DNA of 64,000 nucleotides, taken from an uncultured delta proteobacterium (GTDB lineage Bacteria > Desulfobacterota > Desulfobaccia > Desulfobaccales > 0-14-0-80-60-11). Numbering within the stretch: the first letter of the stretch is position 1; each line of letters starts with the position of its first letter. Positions 19,994 to 29,215 of the stretch are shown piece after piece. The notes beneath the pieces are model-generated. The model was given only the letters and a program-made list of their open reading frames with translations. It was not told the origin of the DNA and made no database searches. The translations under genes and the position numbers were made by a program. The stretch lies in contig CAVYJK010000033.1 of NCBI GenBank assembly GCA_963768765.1, forward strand, positions 329 to 64,328. Reading direction: 5' to 3'.

Positions 19994-20959
19994 TCATCCT
20001 CCCGCCACCGCCCCGCCGCAGGAGGAGCCGTGGCCGACGGTGCAGCCGTAGCAGTGGTCATCCAGGCGGATGGCTCTGGTCGAAAGGGCGGACAGGTCGA
20101 ACTCCCAGATAGTTTGCGGCAGTCCCTGGGCCAGGGGCAGTCCCAGGGCCTGGTTGAAGTCGCAGTCGTACAGGCGCCCTTCCCAGGAGACGCTGATCAG
20201 TTTGCGGCACATGAGGCCGCCCACGGTGGCCGGGTTGAAGCCGGACGCCAGTTTACCCATGTAGCGCTCGTAATTGCTGGATTTATGCAAGTAATCCTTG
20301 AACCGCCCGATGGGCATGTTGAGCAGGGTGTACAGGTGGTGGAAGCGGATGCAGTGCCGGCTGAAAAGCTCCCGGCGGAAGCGCTCCTCCAGGGGGCCCT
20401 GCTCCGGGGGGAAATAGGCCCCGGCCGGGTTGTACATCAAGTGGAGCCTGAGTTCCGAGTCCTCTTGCCCGTAGCCCAGGCGATTGAGCAGCCGCAAGGC
20501 CTCCAGGCTCTTTTGAAAGACCCCGGCGCCCCGCAGGCGGTCCACCGTTTCTTCCTGAAAATAGGGGAGAGAGCAGACCAACTCCACGCCGCGGTCCCGG
20601 AAGAACCGGGGCAGGTGCTCTTTGCCGGGCTCCAGGAGCACCGTCAGGTTGCAGCGCACCAGGATGTTAACCCCCAGTTCGTGCAGGCGGTCCACCAGGG
20701 TCTCGAAATGGGGGTTGATTTCCGGGGCTCCGCCGGTGAGGTCCACGGTGGGGATGGGCCAGCGGGCCGCCACCCGGATGACCGCTTCGATGGCGTCGGC
20801 TTCCATCTGCTCCAGGCGGGTGGGGCCCGCCAGGAAGTGGCAGTGCTTGCAGGACTGGTTGCAGCGCCAGCCCAGGTTTACTTGCAGGGTGGTGACCGTT
20901 TCGGCCTTGAGTTCAGGGTAGCCCAGTTGCTCCAGCTTCTGGGCGAAGGGCGGTATCAT
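19994..20959 (-). CDS. arsS: Arsenosugar-biosynthesis-type radical SAM protein (ArsS family)
   Basis: LQVNLGWRCNQSCKHCH, DLTGGAPE, YDCDFNQ, C-terminal HCYGCTVGHGSSCGG (Cys form, no in-frame UGA). Confidence 0.88.
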   Translation of the reverse strand: MIPPFAQKLEQLGYPELKAETVTTLQVNLGWRCNQSCKHCHFLAGPTRLEQMEADAIEAVIRVAARWPIPTVDLTGGAPEINPHFETLVDRLHELGVNILVRCNLTVLLEPGKEHLPRFFRDRGVELVCSLPYFQEETVDRLRGAGVFQKSLEALRLLNRLGYGQEDSELRLHLMYNPAGAYFPPEQGPLEERFRRELFSRHCIRFHHLYTLLNMPIGRFKDYLHKSSNYERYMGKLASGFNPATVGGLMCRKLISVSWEGRLYDCDFNQALGLPLAQGLPQTIWEFDLSALSTRAIRLDDHCYGCTVGHGSSCGGAVAGG

Positions 20960-20966
20960 GGTTTCC

Positions 20967-21299
20967 CTAAAGAGATATCTTGGCCGCGACGTTGTGGACC
21001 TGGATGCCGTGGATCAGGGAGGCCCCGCCGCGAATGGCCGCGGCCACGTGGATGGCCTCGGTCATTTCCTCCAGGTTGGAACCTGATTCCAGCGCCGCCC
21101 GGGTATAAGCGTCGATGCAATACGGGCATTGGACCGTGTGGGCCACCGCCAGGGCGATGAGGGCCTTTTCCCGCGCCGTCAAGGCGCCGGCGGCCATCAC
21201 CCCCTGGTAATAGTTCATGAAGCTGTCGTAAAGGTCCGGGCGAAATTTGCCGATCTCAAAAAACCGGTCCAGGTCTTTTTCTTCGTAATAATGGGACAT
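20967..21299 (-). CDS. ArsS-associated peroxidase-like AhpD/CMD protein
   Basis: REKALIALAVAHTVQCPYCIDAY, AAAIRGGASLIHG; SD GGAGGAGG. Confidence 0.88.
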   Translation of the reverse strand: MSHYYEEKDLDRFFEIGKFRPDLYDSFMNYYQGVMAAGALTAREKALIALAVAHTVQCPYCIDAYTRAALESGSNLEEMTEAIHVAAAIRGGASLIHGIQVHNVAAKISL

Positions 21300-21462
21300 G
21301 TCCTCCTCCCGGGCTTGGAAATCAACCGCCATGGTCCCGGAGGGCGCTCATTAAGCCCCGGCGGCAACCATTGTCGCACTCAGCAGGATTTAAATTAGGG
21401 GCACAGCCGCGCCGTGCCCCTAAGATATCAAAGACCGGGTTCGGTTACCGGGCAACCCTAAG

Positions 21463-22530
21463 CTAAAACCTGGTGAAGCCGGTGAAGCTATAGAGGTCTC
21501 CCATCAACTCCTCGTACTCTCCCTTGAGTTTCTGATAGAGGCGGGCGTTTTCCATGGCCAGGGCGGCCTGCTCCGCCAGGGAGGAAATGAAGGTGATCTC
21601 GTCGTCGCTAAAATCGCGGAAAGCGCTGGTATAGATGCGCATGACCCCGATGACTTTGCCTTTCAAGGAGATGGGCACCGACAGGATGGACTTGATGCCT
21701 TCCTCCGCCGCCTCCCTGGGGTAAGTGGCCCGGGTATCGCTGGCCACGTCATAGATGGAGACGGCCTTGCCCATCATGGCCTCGGTGATGGACTTGTCGG
21801 TCCCCACCGGTCCCTTGGTGATGTAGCGGTCACTCAGGCCGTAGGAGGCCACCAACTCCATTCTCTGGCGTTTCTCATCCAGCAGGCGCACCGCCGCGGC
21901 CTTGATGTCCAGGGCATTGGTGGCGGTTTTCACCAGCAGATGCAGCACCTTTTTGACGTCCAGGGCGGAGTTCACCGCCTTGGAGACCTCCAGCAGCCCC
22001 TTGAGGAAGTTGAGCTCCTTGGTGCGGGCCTCGTACATCTTGGCGTTGCTGATGGCCTGGGCCCCCAATTCCGCCACGGCGCAGGCGAAGTCCACTTCAT
22101 CCATGGTGAACTCCCGGGGCTCGCCGGTCACCAGGCGCATGACCCCGATGACCTTGCCCTTGGACACCATGGGGATGACCACCATGGTGGCGATGCCCTC
22201 CGCTTTGGCTTCTTCGGGATACTGCAGCCGGGGGTCGGTGGCGGCGTCAAAAATGGCCACCGGCCTGCCGCTCAGGGCTTCGGCGATGCTCCGGTCCAGG
22301 TCCACCGTGCCCTTTTTCAAATAGCTGTCGCTCAGGCCGTGGGCCGCCACCAACTCCAGGGTATTGGTCTTGGGGTTGACCAGGCGGATGGTGGCCCCTT
22401 TGAGATTCATGACTTCGCTGATCTGGCGTACGATCTGATCCAAAACTTCATCCACCGCCAGGGTGGAGCTCAGAATCTTACTGATCTCCTGAAAACTCCT
22501 GAGATACATCTTGTCTTTAGCTGACATCAT
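21463..22530 (-). CDS. Stand-alone tandem GAF-domain protein
   Basis: Two internally homologous GAF repeats (LELVAAHGLSD/MELVASYGLSD; VIGVMR), no output domain. Confidence 0.85.
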   Translation of the reverse strand: MMSAKDKMYLRSFQEISKILSSTLAVDEVLDQIVRQISEVMNLKGATIRLVNPKTNTLELVAAHGLSDSYLKKGTVDLDRSIAEALSGRPVAIFDAATDPRLQYPEEAKAEGIATMVVIPMVSKGKVIGVMRLVTGEPREFTMDEVDFACAVAELGAQAISNAKMYEARTKELNFLKGLLEVSKAVNSALDVKKVLHLLVKTATNALDIKAAAVRLLDEKRQRMELVASYGLSDRYITKGPVGTDKSITEAMMGKAVSIYDVASDTRATYPREAAEEGIKSILSVPISLKGKVIGVMRIYTSAFRDFSDDEITFISSLAEQAALAMENARLYQKLKGEYEELMGDLYSFTGFTRF

Positions 22531-22932
22531 GCCCGGTCCTCCCTTTTAAAATCATGCCTACGTATGGAAGATCCTGTTTGTCTAAAATGTGGCACCGTTT
22601 CCCGGTACATTTTTCCTATCATCTGACCTGATGCGGCGCAAGGTTTTCTTGAGCATGTAAAATCATATCACCTTTGCGTCCGCTTAGATATCCCAAAGAT
22701 GGCCACGCCGCGGCGGCGATGACCTTCATCAGAGCATTAAACATCATTTTTCCCTCTCCCCCTGCGGGGAGTACCGAGACTTGATAATGCTCCCAAGCAG
22801 ACCTGAGTCCCCAAGCAGGTTGAAGTTGAATTTAAGATAAGGATGTTTTCATCCGCAGGCAATATGGGGGGCGGGTTTCGCCGCCACCACGGCCCGGGAA
22901 GGGGTGGGTCTGCCGGATTTCCGTGTAATCCT

Positions 22933-22961
22933 TTGTTCTTAGAGACGGTTTTTGGTATATT
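22933..22961 (+). promoter_or_regulatory. sigma70 promoter with extended -10; probable leaderless mRNA
   Basis: TTGTTC-N17-TATATT with upstream TG; ATG 22969 is 7 nt downstream and has no SD. Confidence 0.5.
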
Positions 22962-22968
22962 GGCAACC

Positions 22969-24511
22969 ATGGAATTCAAGCCCCTCTATTTTGGCGACCG
23001 GCTCAGCGTGGTGAATCCCCGGGGCACCGTCGGGAGTGGTGACCCTGTGGTCCAAGGTGGACTACGTGATGGAGCGCTTCCGGCAGGCCGGGGTGGACCT
23101 GGACCCGGCGAGTAGTCCCATCGCGGTCTTCGGCAACCTGTACGGCAACGGCCTCCGGGAGATGCTGCGGAATTTACTGTATAACCCGCAGATTCAGACC
23201 TTGCTAATCTGCGGGCATGATCGTTCTGGTTCTCGGGAGGAGTTGGAGAAATTTTTTGAATTGGGCCTGGAGCCGGTTTCAGGTTCCCTGATCAGCTACC
23301 TGAAGCCGAAGTCCGGGATCGAGGTGAAACCCTGCCGCATCCGGGGAACGAAACGGATCATCGATGATCTGGTAAGACCGGAGCATTTTACCACCCCGCG
23401 CTCCAATCCCCCCCGTCTGCGCTGGTTGGGGGACCCCCAGGAAGAGGACACCGGCGCCAACATCAAGAACTTTTTTGCGGCAATGCCACAGCCGGCGGCC
23501 GACGTCGTCCGGGTTCAAATTCCCCTGCCCGAAGTGGAGGTGCAATACTTCCCCAGCAACCCCCGGGGCCACGTGGTGGTGCGGGATAGCATCTTGGAGG
23601 CCTGGAAGGAAGTTCTTATATCTTCTGACCCGTTTCGGCCGCCGGGTGACCCTGAAGAAGGGCGACCGCCTGGAACTGCAGCACGTCAAGGTGGTGGTGG
23701 AAAGGCCCCGGTTCGAGGCGAAGGAGAAACTACAGGCCGTCAATCTCGATCCCCAGAGAGCTGCAGCACTACCAGGAGGACATTCTCAAGGGGGAAATGC
23801 GCCCGGACGAGACCTATAACTACGGCCATCGCCTGCGGAGCTATTTTTTCGGCCAGGACACCCTGGCAGTCTGTGCCGAGAGATTAAAGGCTGATTCGCA
23901 AGACCGCAAGTCCAAAAGGAGCCCTGGAAGACCGACCAAGGCCTATCTCCGCGGCCCTAAACCAGTTCAGGTTGTTATACGCCATACGGCGAGCCGGTAA
24001 CGTCGTCTGAGTCAAAGGTGGCCGCCCCTGCCTGGTGTCCCTGTTTTTTCGCAAGTTCGAGGGCAAGCTGACGCTCAGCGCCACCTTCCGCACCCACAAC
24101 GCCATGGACGCCTGGCCCTTAAATCTCTACGGCCTCATGGCCATCCAGGCCTGGGTGGCCGAAAGGGCAGGGCTCCCAATCGGGGCCATCGTGGTGCTGA
24201 GCCACTCCCTGGGCCTGGACCCCAAGGAGCTGGACCGGGCCTTGCTCATTATCGGCAAGCGGCCCTTCAAGGTGCGGCTGGACCCCATGGGGTATTTCCG
24301 CATCACCCTGGACGGCAAGGAGATCCTGGTGGAGCACCGCTTCGAGGACGTGACCCTGAAGGAGTACCGGGGCAAGAAGGCCGAGCGACTGCAACATGAA
24401 ATCGCCCGGGACCTGGCCCTCTCGGATATCAACCACGCCATCTATTTAGGAAGGCAGCTGGCCCGGGCGGAAGCGGCCCTGAAGGAAGGCCGGGAGTTTG
24501 TGCAGGAGTGA
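22969..24511 (+). CDS. MtrA-like / thymidylate-synthase-like / DUF4346 fusion protein, broken by several frameshifts
   Basis: VTLWS..GNLYG.NGLREMLRNLLYNPQI; YNYGHRLR, PCLVSLFFR, FRTHN, WPLNLYGL; DPMGYFRI..HAIYLGRQLARAE. Confidence 0.7.
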
Positions 24512-24551
24512 GGAGCCCGCGGCTGACGGAAAAATACTCAGCCATAAATTA

Positions 24552-24597
24552 GCCCCCCTCACCCCAACCCTCTCCCCCCGGTGGGCGGAGAGGGAGC
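24552..24597. repeat. CCCCTCACCCCAACCCTCTCCCC..GAGAGGGAG palindromic repeat
   Basis: Short hairpin repeat; partial related copy at 22751-22770. Confidence 0.6.
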
Positions 24598-25495
24598 AAA
24601 AAGAAACTTTTCAGGGGCTGGGAACAAGCGTGGAAGGGTTCTAGCAATGAATATAATGGACGTTGCCCTGTCGCCGACCATTTCAGGGGGTTGGGAGGGG
24701 AGTTTGAGGGGAGGGCGGGGGACCACAGGCGAGACGCCTTGGCTACCAATTCCCCCGACCCTCCCCTCAAATAACCTTCTCTCCGCTCGCCTCATCCTCA
24801 TCGGCACGGTGCACGGCGACCCCCGGGGTTATGACCGGGCCCTGCGGCTGCTGTCGCACCTGCAGCCGGACCTGGTCACCGTGGAGATCAGCCGGTTTTC
24901 CCTGCGCTACCGCGCCCGGCAAGGACGGGGCTGGCAGCGGCTGCTGGCGCGGGCCCTGGAGGGGTTGCCGGAGCAGGCCGCGGGGCACCCGGCCATCCGG
25001 CGCCTTAGGGCCCAGGTGGCCCTGCCCTTTGAGGTGCAGGCGGCCCGGGACTGGTGCCGGGACCGCGGCGCCCCCTGGCGCCCCCTGGACCTGGGGTCCA
25101 CGGCCCGGCGGCATCTGCCCCGCTACGGCCGGGAATTGCTCACCCCGGATAACTTGCGGGTCTTGCTGGAGGCCGGGGCCGACGGGCGCCTGGAGGACCT
25201 GGTGGCCGGCCAGTATCGCCGGGCCCGGCTGGCCTATCTGCGGTCGCCCTGGCGGCTCTTCCCCCCCAGCGGGGCGGAGACCCGGCGGCGGGAACGTTTT
25301 ATGGCCCGGCGCCTGCGGGCCCTGGCGGGGCGCGGCGGGCGGGTGGCGCACCTGGGGGGCTGGGAGCACCTGGTGCCCTGGAAGGACGGCGGCGGCCTGT
25401 GGCGCCACCTGGAGGAACTGGGACCCTTAAGGCTGCTCCTCAGCGAGGCGGACTCTCTGGAGGCCGCTTTAGCGGTCACTCATGTTCCTTTGTGA
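24581..25495 (+). CDS. Hypothetical protein with TraB/GumN-like motifs (true start probably nearer 24760)
   Basis: LIGTVH...PDLVTVE; RRRERFMA..HLGGWEHL; 5' part of the ORF runs through repeats. Confidence 0.55.
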   Translation: MGGEGAKRNFSGAGNKRGRVLAMNIMDVALSPTISGGWEGSLRGGRGTTGETPWLPIPPTLPSNNLLSARLILIGTVHGDPRGYDRALRLLSHLQPDLVTVEISRFSLRYRARQGRGWQRLLARALEGLPEQAAGHPAIRRLRAQVALPFEVQAARDWCRDRGAPWRPLDLGSTARRHLPRYGRELLTPDNLRVLLEAGADGRLEDLVAGQYRRARLAYLRSPWRLFPPSGAETRRRERFMARRLRALAGRGGRVAHLGGWEHLVPWKDGGGLWRHLEELGPLRLLLSEADSLEAALAVTHVPL

Positions 25496-25768
25496 CACGC
25501 CGGAATTATGACAAGGTAAAGATTGATCCATAGCCGAAGGCGGCTGCCCCACGGACTTCACTGAGCAGTTAATCATGGGCCGTCGGTTCGCCCATAAATT
25601 GTGAAAAGTAATGTAGGGCGGGCATTGCCCGCCATGGAGCACAGGCGGGACGCCTGTGCCACCGAACTAGAGGAACTTTTCAAGGCAGAGGTCTTAAATT
25701 AGACTCCGGGGGGTTTTCATGGTAACCTACCCTCTGATCTTGAGCTAAAACTTTGATCCGAGGAGATC

Positions 25769-26440
25769 ATGGAGATTCGCCCTGTTACCCTGCCCTGGGT
25801 CCCGGGCCGGCAGATCCAGGCGGTGCTGGGAGTGCCCCGCAGCACCACCATGGACGCCATCCTGGTCCTGGGTCACGGGGCCAACAACGACATGGACCAA
25901 CCCCTCATCGTCGGGCTCCACGAGCGGCTGGCCCGCCAGGGTCTGGTGACGGTGCGCTTCAATTTTCCTTACGCGGCCGAGGGCCGCAAAAGGCCGGACT
26001 CCGATGAAGTGCTGGAAGACGCCTTCAGATTGGTGCTGGAATACGTGGGGGAGTTGGAGGAGTTCAAGGGCCTGGAACTGTACCTGGGCGGCAAATCCAT
26101 GGGGGCCCGCATTGCCGCCCAACTGGTGGCCAAGACGGTGGTGGGGGCCAGCGGTCTGGTTTTTCTGGGCTACCCCCTGCATCCTCCCGGCAAACCGGAA
26201 AAGCTGCGGGATCAGGCCCTTTATCTCCTACCGTGCCCGGCCCTGTTCGTGGAAGGCGCCCGGGACCCCTTCTGCCGCTTGGACCTCCTGGGCCAGGTGC
26301 TGGGCCACATGCCGGTGCGCAGCGACCTCCACCTCATCCCCAAGGTGGGCCACTCCTTTGAAGGCGCCGGCGGTGACCTGGCCCCGGAGGTGCTGGAAGA
26401 GGTCACCCGGGTGATCCTGGGGTGGCTGGATAGTTTGTAA
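25769..26440 (+). CDS. Alpha/beta hydrolase (KANL3/Tex30-like)
   Basis: GHGAN, RFNFPY, GGKSMGAR, LGYPLHPPGK, GARDPF, GHSF. Confidence 0.88.
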   Translation: MEIRPVTLPWVPGRQIQAVLGVPRSTTMDAILVLGHGANNDMDQPLIVGLHERLARQGLVTVRFNFPYAAEGRKRPDSDEVLEDAFRLVLEYVGELEEFKGLELYLGGKSMGARIAAQLVAKTVVGASGLVFLGYPLHPPGKPEKLRDQALYLLPCPALFVEGARDPFCRLDLLGQVLGHMPVRSDLHLIPKVGHSFEGAGGDLAPEVLEEVTRVILGWLDSL

Positions 26441-26443
26441 GAA

Positions 26444-26515
26444 GGGGTCAGGTATCAGGGGTCAGGGCTTAGGATTGAAAGCTTGCTGATCCCTGACCCC
26501 TGGTCCCGGTTCCCT
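26444..26515. repeat. Inverted heptamer arrays (GGGGTCA)n/(CTGACCC)n
   Basis: 4 degenerate units each side forming a hairpin; related arrays at 53814-53860 and 60794-60867. Confidence 0.7.
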
Positions 26516-26529
26516 ACGGATTTATAATC

Positions 26530-27897
26530 ATGAGTGTAATCCTGGTCGTAGATGACGACGCCCCCACCCGGGAGGCCCTGGCCACCGGCTTGAAGAAGCT
26601 GGGGCATGACCTCCATCTGGCGGCCACCGGCACCGACGCCCTGGAGGAAGTGCGGCGCCACCCGGTGGACCTGGCCATCATCGACCTGAGGCTGCCCGAC
26701 ATGTCGGGCACCGAGCTGTTCGGGGCGCTGCGCATCCTGCGGCCCGAAGCCATCGCCATCATGATTTCCGGCGCGGCCACGGTGAATGAGGCGGTGTCCG
26801 CCCTGAAGCGGGGCATTTACGATTTTATCACCAAAGATTTTCGCATGGGCGAGCTGCGCAAGGTGGTGAGCAAGGCCCTGGAGACCCAGAAGCTCCTGGT
26901 GGAGAACGAACGGCTGCGCCAGGCCCTCCAGGATCGGGGCCCCACCGGCCGCATCATCGGCCGGGGCCCGGCCCTGCTCAAGGTCATCCACCTGGTGAAC
27001 CAGATCGGCCCCCTGAAGAGCACCGTGCTCTTATCCGGCGAGTCCGGGGTGGGCAAGGAGCTCATCGCCGAGGCCATCCATTACCAGAGCCCCCGCCGGG
27101 ACAAGCCCCTGGTGAAGCTGAACTGCGGCGCCCTGCCCGAGGGGCTCATCGAATCGGAGCTTTTCGGCCACGAAAAGGGGGCCTTCACCGGGGCCATCCA
27201 GCAGCGCAAGGGGCGCTTCGAGCTGGCCGACGGCGGCACCATCTTCCTGGACGAGATCAGCGAGATGCCCCCGGCCACCCAGGTGAAGTTCCTGCGGGTC
27301 CTGCAGGAGGGCGAATTCGAAAGGGTAGGGGGGGCCCAGACCCTGAAGGTGGACGTGCGGGTCATCGCCGCCACCAACCGGGACCTGGAAGCGGAGGTGG
27401 CCAGCGGACGCTTCCGCAAGGACCTCTTTTACCGGCTGAACGTCATTCACCTCCCCTTGCCGCCCCTGAGGGAGCGGGTGGAGGATATCCCCCTTCTGGC
27501 CCTGCATTTCCTGGACAAGTTCTGTTTGGAAAACGACCGGCCCCCCATGGGTTTCAGCCCCGAGGCCATGGGGGCCATGAAGAATTATGCCTGGCCGGGC
27601 AACGTCCGGGAACTCCAGAACGTGGTGGAACGGTCCGTGGCCCTGGTCACCGGCAACATGGTGGGGCTGGAGGATCTGCCCGACGAAATCCGGCGGCACT
27701 CCCCGGAGGACGATAAAATCGTCCTGCCGGTGGGGGCCTCCATGGAAGAGATCGAGCGCCTGGCCATCCTCCAGACCCTGAAGAAAACCGGCGGGGACAA
27801 GGAGCTGGCCGCCCGCCTCTTAGGGATAGGCCTGGCTACCCTGTACCGCCGCCTGAAGGAGATGGAAACCAAAGAGACCGCCCCGGAGGAAGCCTAG
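26530..27897 (+). CDS. sigma54-dependent response regulator (NtrC/AtoC family)
   Basis: Receiver domain, [22 protein letters not shown], Fis-type HTH. Confidence 0.93.
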   Translation: MSVILVVDDDAPTREALATGLKKLGHDLHLAATGTDALEEVRRHPVDLAIIDLRLPDMSGTELFGALRILRPEAIAIMISGAATVNEAVSALKRGIYDFITKDFRMGELRKVVSKALETQKLLVENERLRQALQDRGPTGRIIGRGPALLKVIHLVNQIGPLKSTVLLSGESGVGKELIAEAIHYQSPRRDKPLVKLNCGALPEGLIESELFGHEKGAFTGAIQQRKGRFELADGGTIFLDEISEMPPATQVKFLRVLQEGEFERVGGAQTLKVDVRVIAATNRDLEAEVASGRFRKDLFYRLNVIHLPLPPLRERVEDIPLLALHFLDKFCLENDRPPMGFSPEAMGAMKNYAWPGNVRELQNVVERSVALVTGNMVGLEDLPDEIRRHSPEDDKIVLPVGASMEEIERLAILQTLKKTGGDKELAARLLGIGLATLYRRLKEMETKETAPEEA

Positions 27898-28110
27898 AAA
27901 TCGTGGACCGTAATTACCATGATCTTACCCATGAAGGTCTGGGCCCGGGCTCTGTTTTGGGCGGTAATTCCCCCCTTTGCAAAGGGGGGTCGGGGGGATT
28001 TTAATCTTTTAATAATCCCCCTAAATCCCCCTTTAGAAAAGGGGGACTTTAACGACCATTGGGAAAGATCGCAACGAAATAATTTTCATGCCATTTACGG
28101 AGCACACTAG
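27894..28110. mobile_element. MITE-like element filling the whole intergenic gap
   Basis: CTAG at both ends, imperfect sub-terminal IRs (gtggaccgtaattaccatga / gtgctccgtaaatggcatga), internal CCCCCTTT double hairpin at 27970-28050. Confidence 0.55.
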
Positions 28111-28992
28111 ATGCCGTCCCTGAATTTCCTGGATTTAAGATCGCTGCCGGTGAAGGAAGCCGAAGCGGTGATCCTGCCCATTCCCTATGAGGCCACCACC
28201 ACTTATGGGGGCGGTACCCGGGAGGGGCCCGAGGCCATTTTGGCCGCCTCCCGCCAGGTGGAGCTGTGGGACGAGGAGGAGAACTGGGACCCCAGCGCCG
28301 CCCTGGCTTTGGCCACCGCGGCCCCCATCTTTCCGGAGGTCTCCGGCCCCCAGGCCATGCTGGACAAGATCCGCAAGGTGGTGCAGCCCTGGGTCGCCCA
28401 GGGGAAATTCATCGCCGCCCTGGGGGGCGAACACACCATTACCGTGGGGCTGGTTTCGGCCATGCTTACCCGCTACCCGGACCTCACGGTGGTGGCCCTG
28501 GACGCCCACGCGGACTTGAGAGAGCGCTACGACGGCAGCGCCCAGTCCCACGCCTGCGTCATGCGCCGGGTCTATGAACTGGGCCGGCCCCTGGTCCTGA
28601 TGGGGGTGCGCAGCTACTCCCAGGACGAATACAATCTCTTGAGGGTGGCGCCGCGCTTCAAGATGTTCAAAGCCAGGGACCTGGCTTCCGAAGAAGGCTT
28701 CAAGATGGCCCTGGACCACCTCAAAGGCATCCCGGGGCCCGTCTACCTTTCCCTGGACCTGGACGCCCTGGACCCCGGCATCATGCCGGCGGTGGGCACC
28801 CCGGAACCCGGCGGGCTCACTTACTATCAGGCCCTGACCATCATCGAGACCCTGGCCCGGCGGGGCCCCATCATCGGCCTGGACCTGGTGGAACTCTCCC
28901 CCATCCCGGGACACCGGGTGAGCCAATTCACCGCGGCCCGCCTGCTGTATAAAACCCTGGGCTATATCTACCACTCCCGCCGCAAGGCGTGA
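28111..28992 (+). CDS. speB: Agmatinase
   Basis: GGEHTIT, LDAHADLR, SHAC, SLDLDALDP, GTPEPGG. Confidence 0.9.
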   Translation: MPSLNFLDLRSLPVKEAEAVILPIPYEATTTYGGGTREGPEAILAASRQVELWDEEENWDPSAALALATAAPIFPEVSGPQAMLDKIRKVVQPWVAQGKFIAALGGEHTITVGLVSAMLTRYPDLTVVALDAHADLRERYDGSAQSHACVMRRVYELGRPLVLMGVRSYSQDEYNLLRVAPRFKMFKARDLASEEGFKMALDHLKGIPGPVYLSLDLDALDPGIMPAVGTPEPGGLTYYQALTIIETLARRGPIIGLDLVELSPIPGHRVSQFTAARLLYKTLGYIYHSRRKA

Positions 28993-29215
28993 GTGGGTGA
29001 TTATTGGGGGGAGGGCCAGGGATTTTATCCCTGCCCTCCCCCCAAGCCCCCCTCCCAACCCGCAAAAGGGTGGCCAGGGAAGGCGAGGCCGCAGGCCTCG
29101 ACTTCCCTGGCCCGGAAAAAAAACTTAAGGGGTTGGGGGAGGAGGTTTGGAGGAGGGGGCAGGGGCCGTGGGCCCCTGGCCCCCTCCTCCAAAATTCTAC
29201 CCAAAGGACTATACC

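Noticed and set aside
19994..20959. Selenocysteine in ArsS (also checked rhodanese and MvhD)
   Set aside because: No in-frame UGA at the relevant motif positions
21330..21385. Fluoride-riboswitch-like words upstream of the AhpD-like gene
   Set aside because: Only scattered similarity; the required pairings are not supported
22619..22747. 42-aa minus-strand ORF with a good SD upstream of the GAF gene
   Set aside because: No recognisable features, and its SD is part of a repeat remnant
23890..24017. Possible intron or insertion interrupting the TS-like gene
   Set aside because: The stretch appears to repeat the preceding codons in garbled form (KADSQDRKS, then gaagaccgaccaaggcctatct, roughly EDRKAY) and has no intron or IS hallmarks; most likely a consensus or strain-mixing artefact
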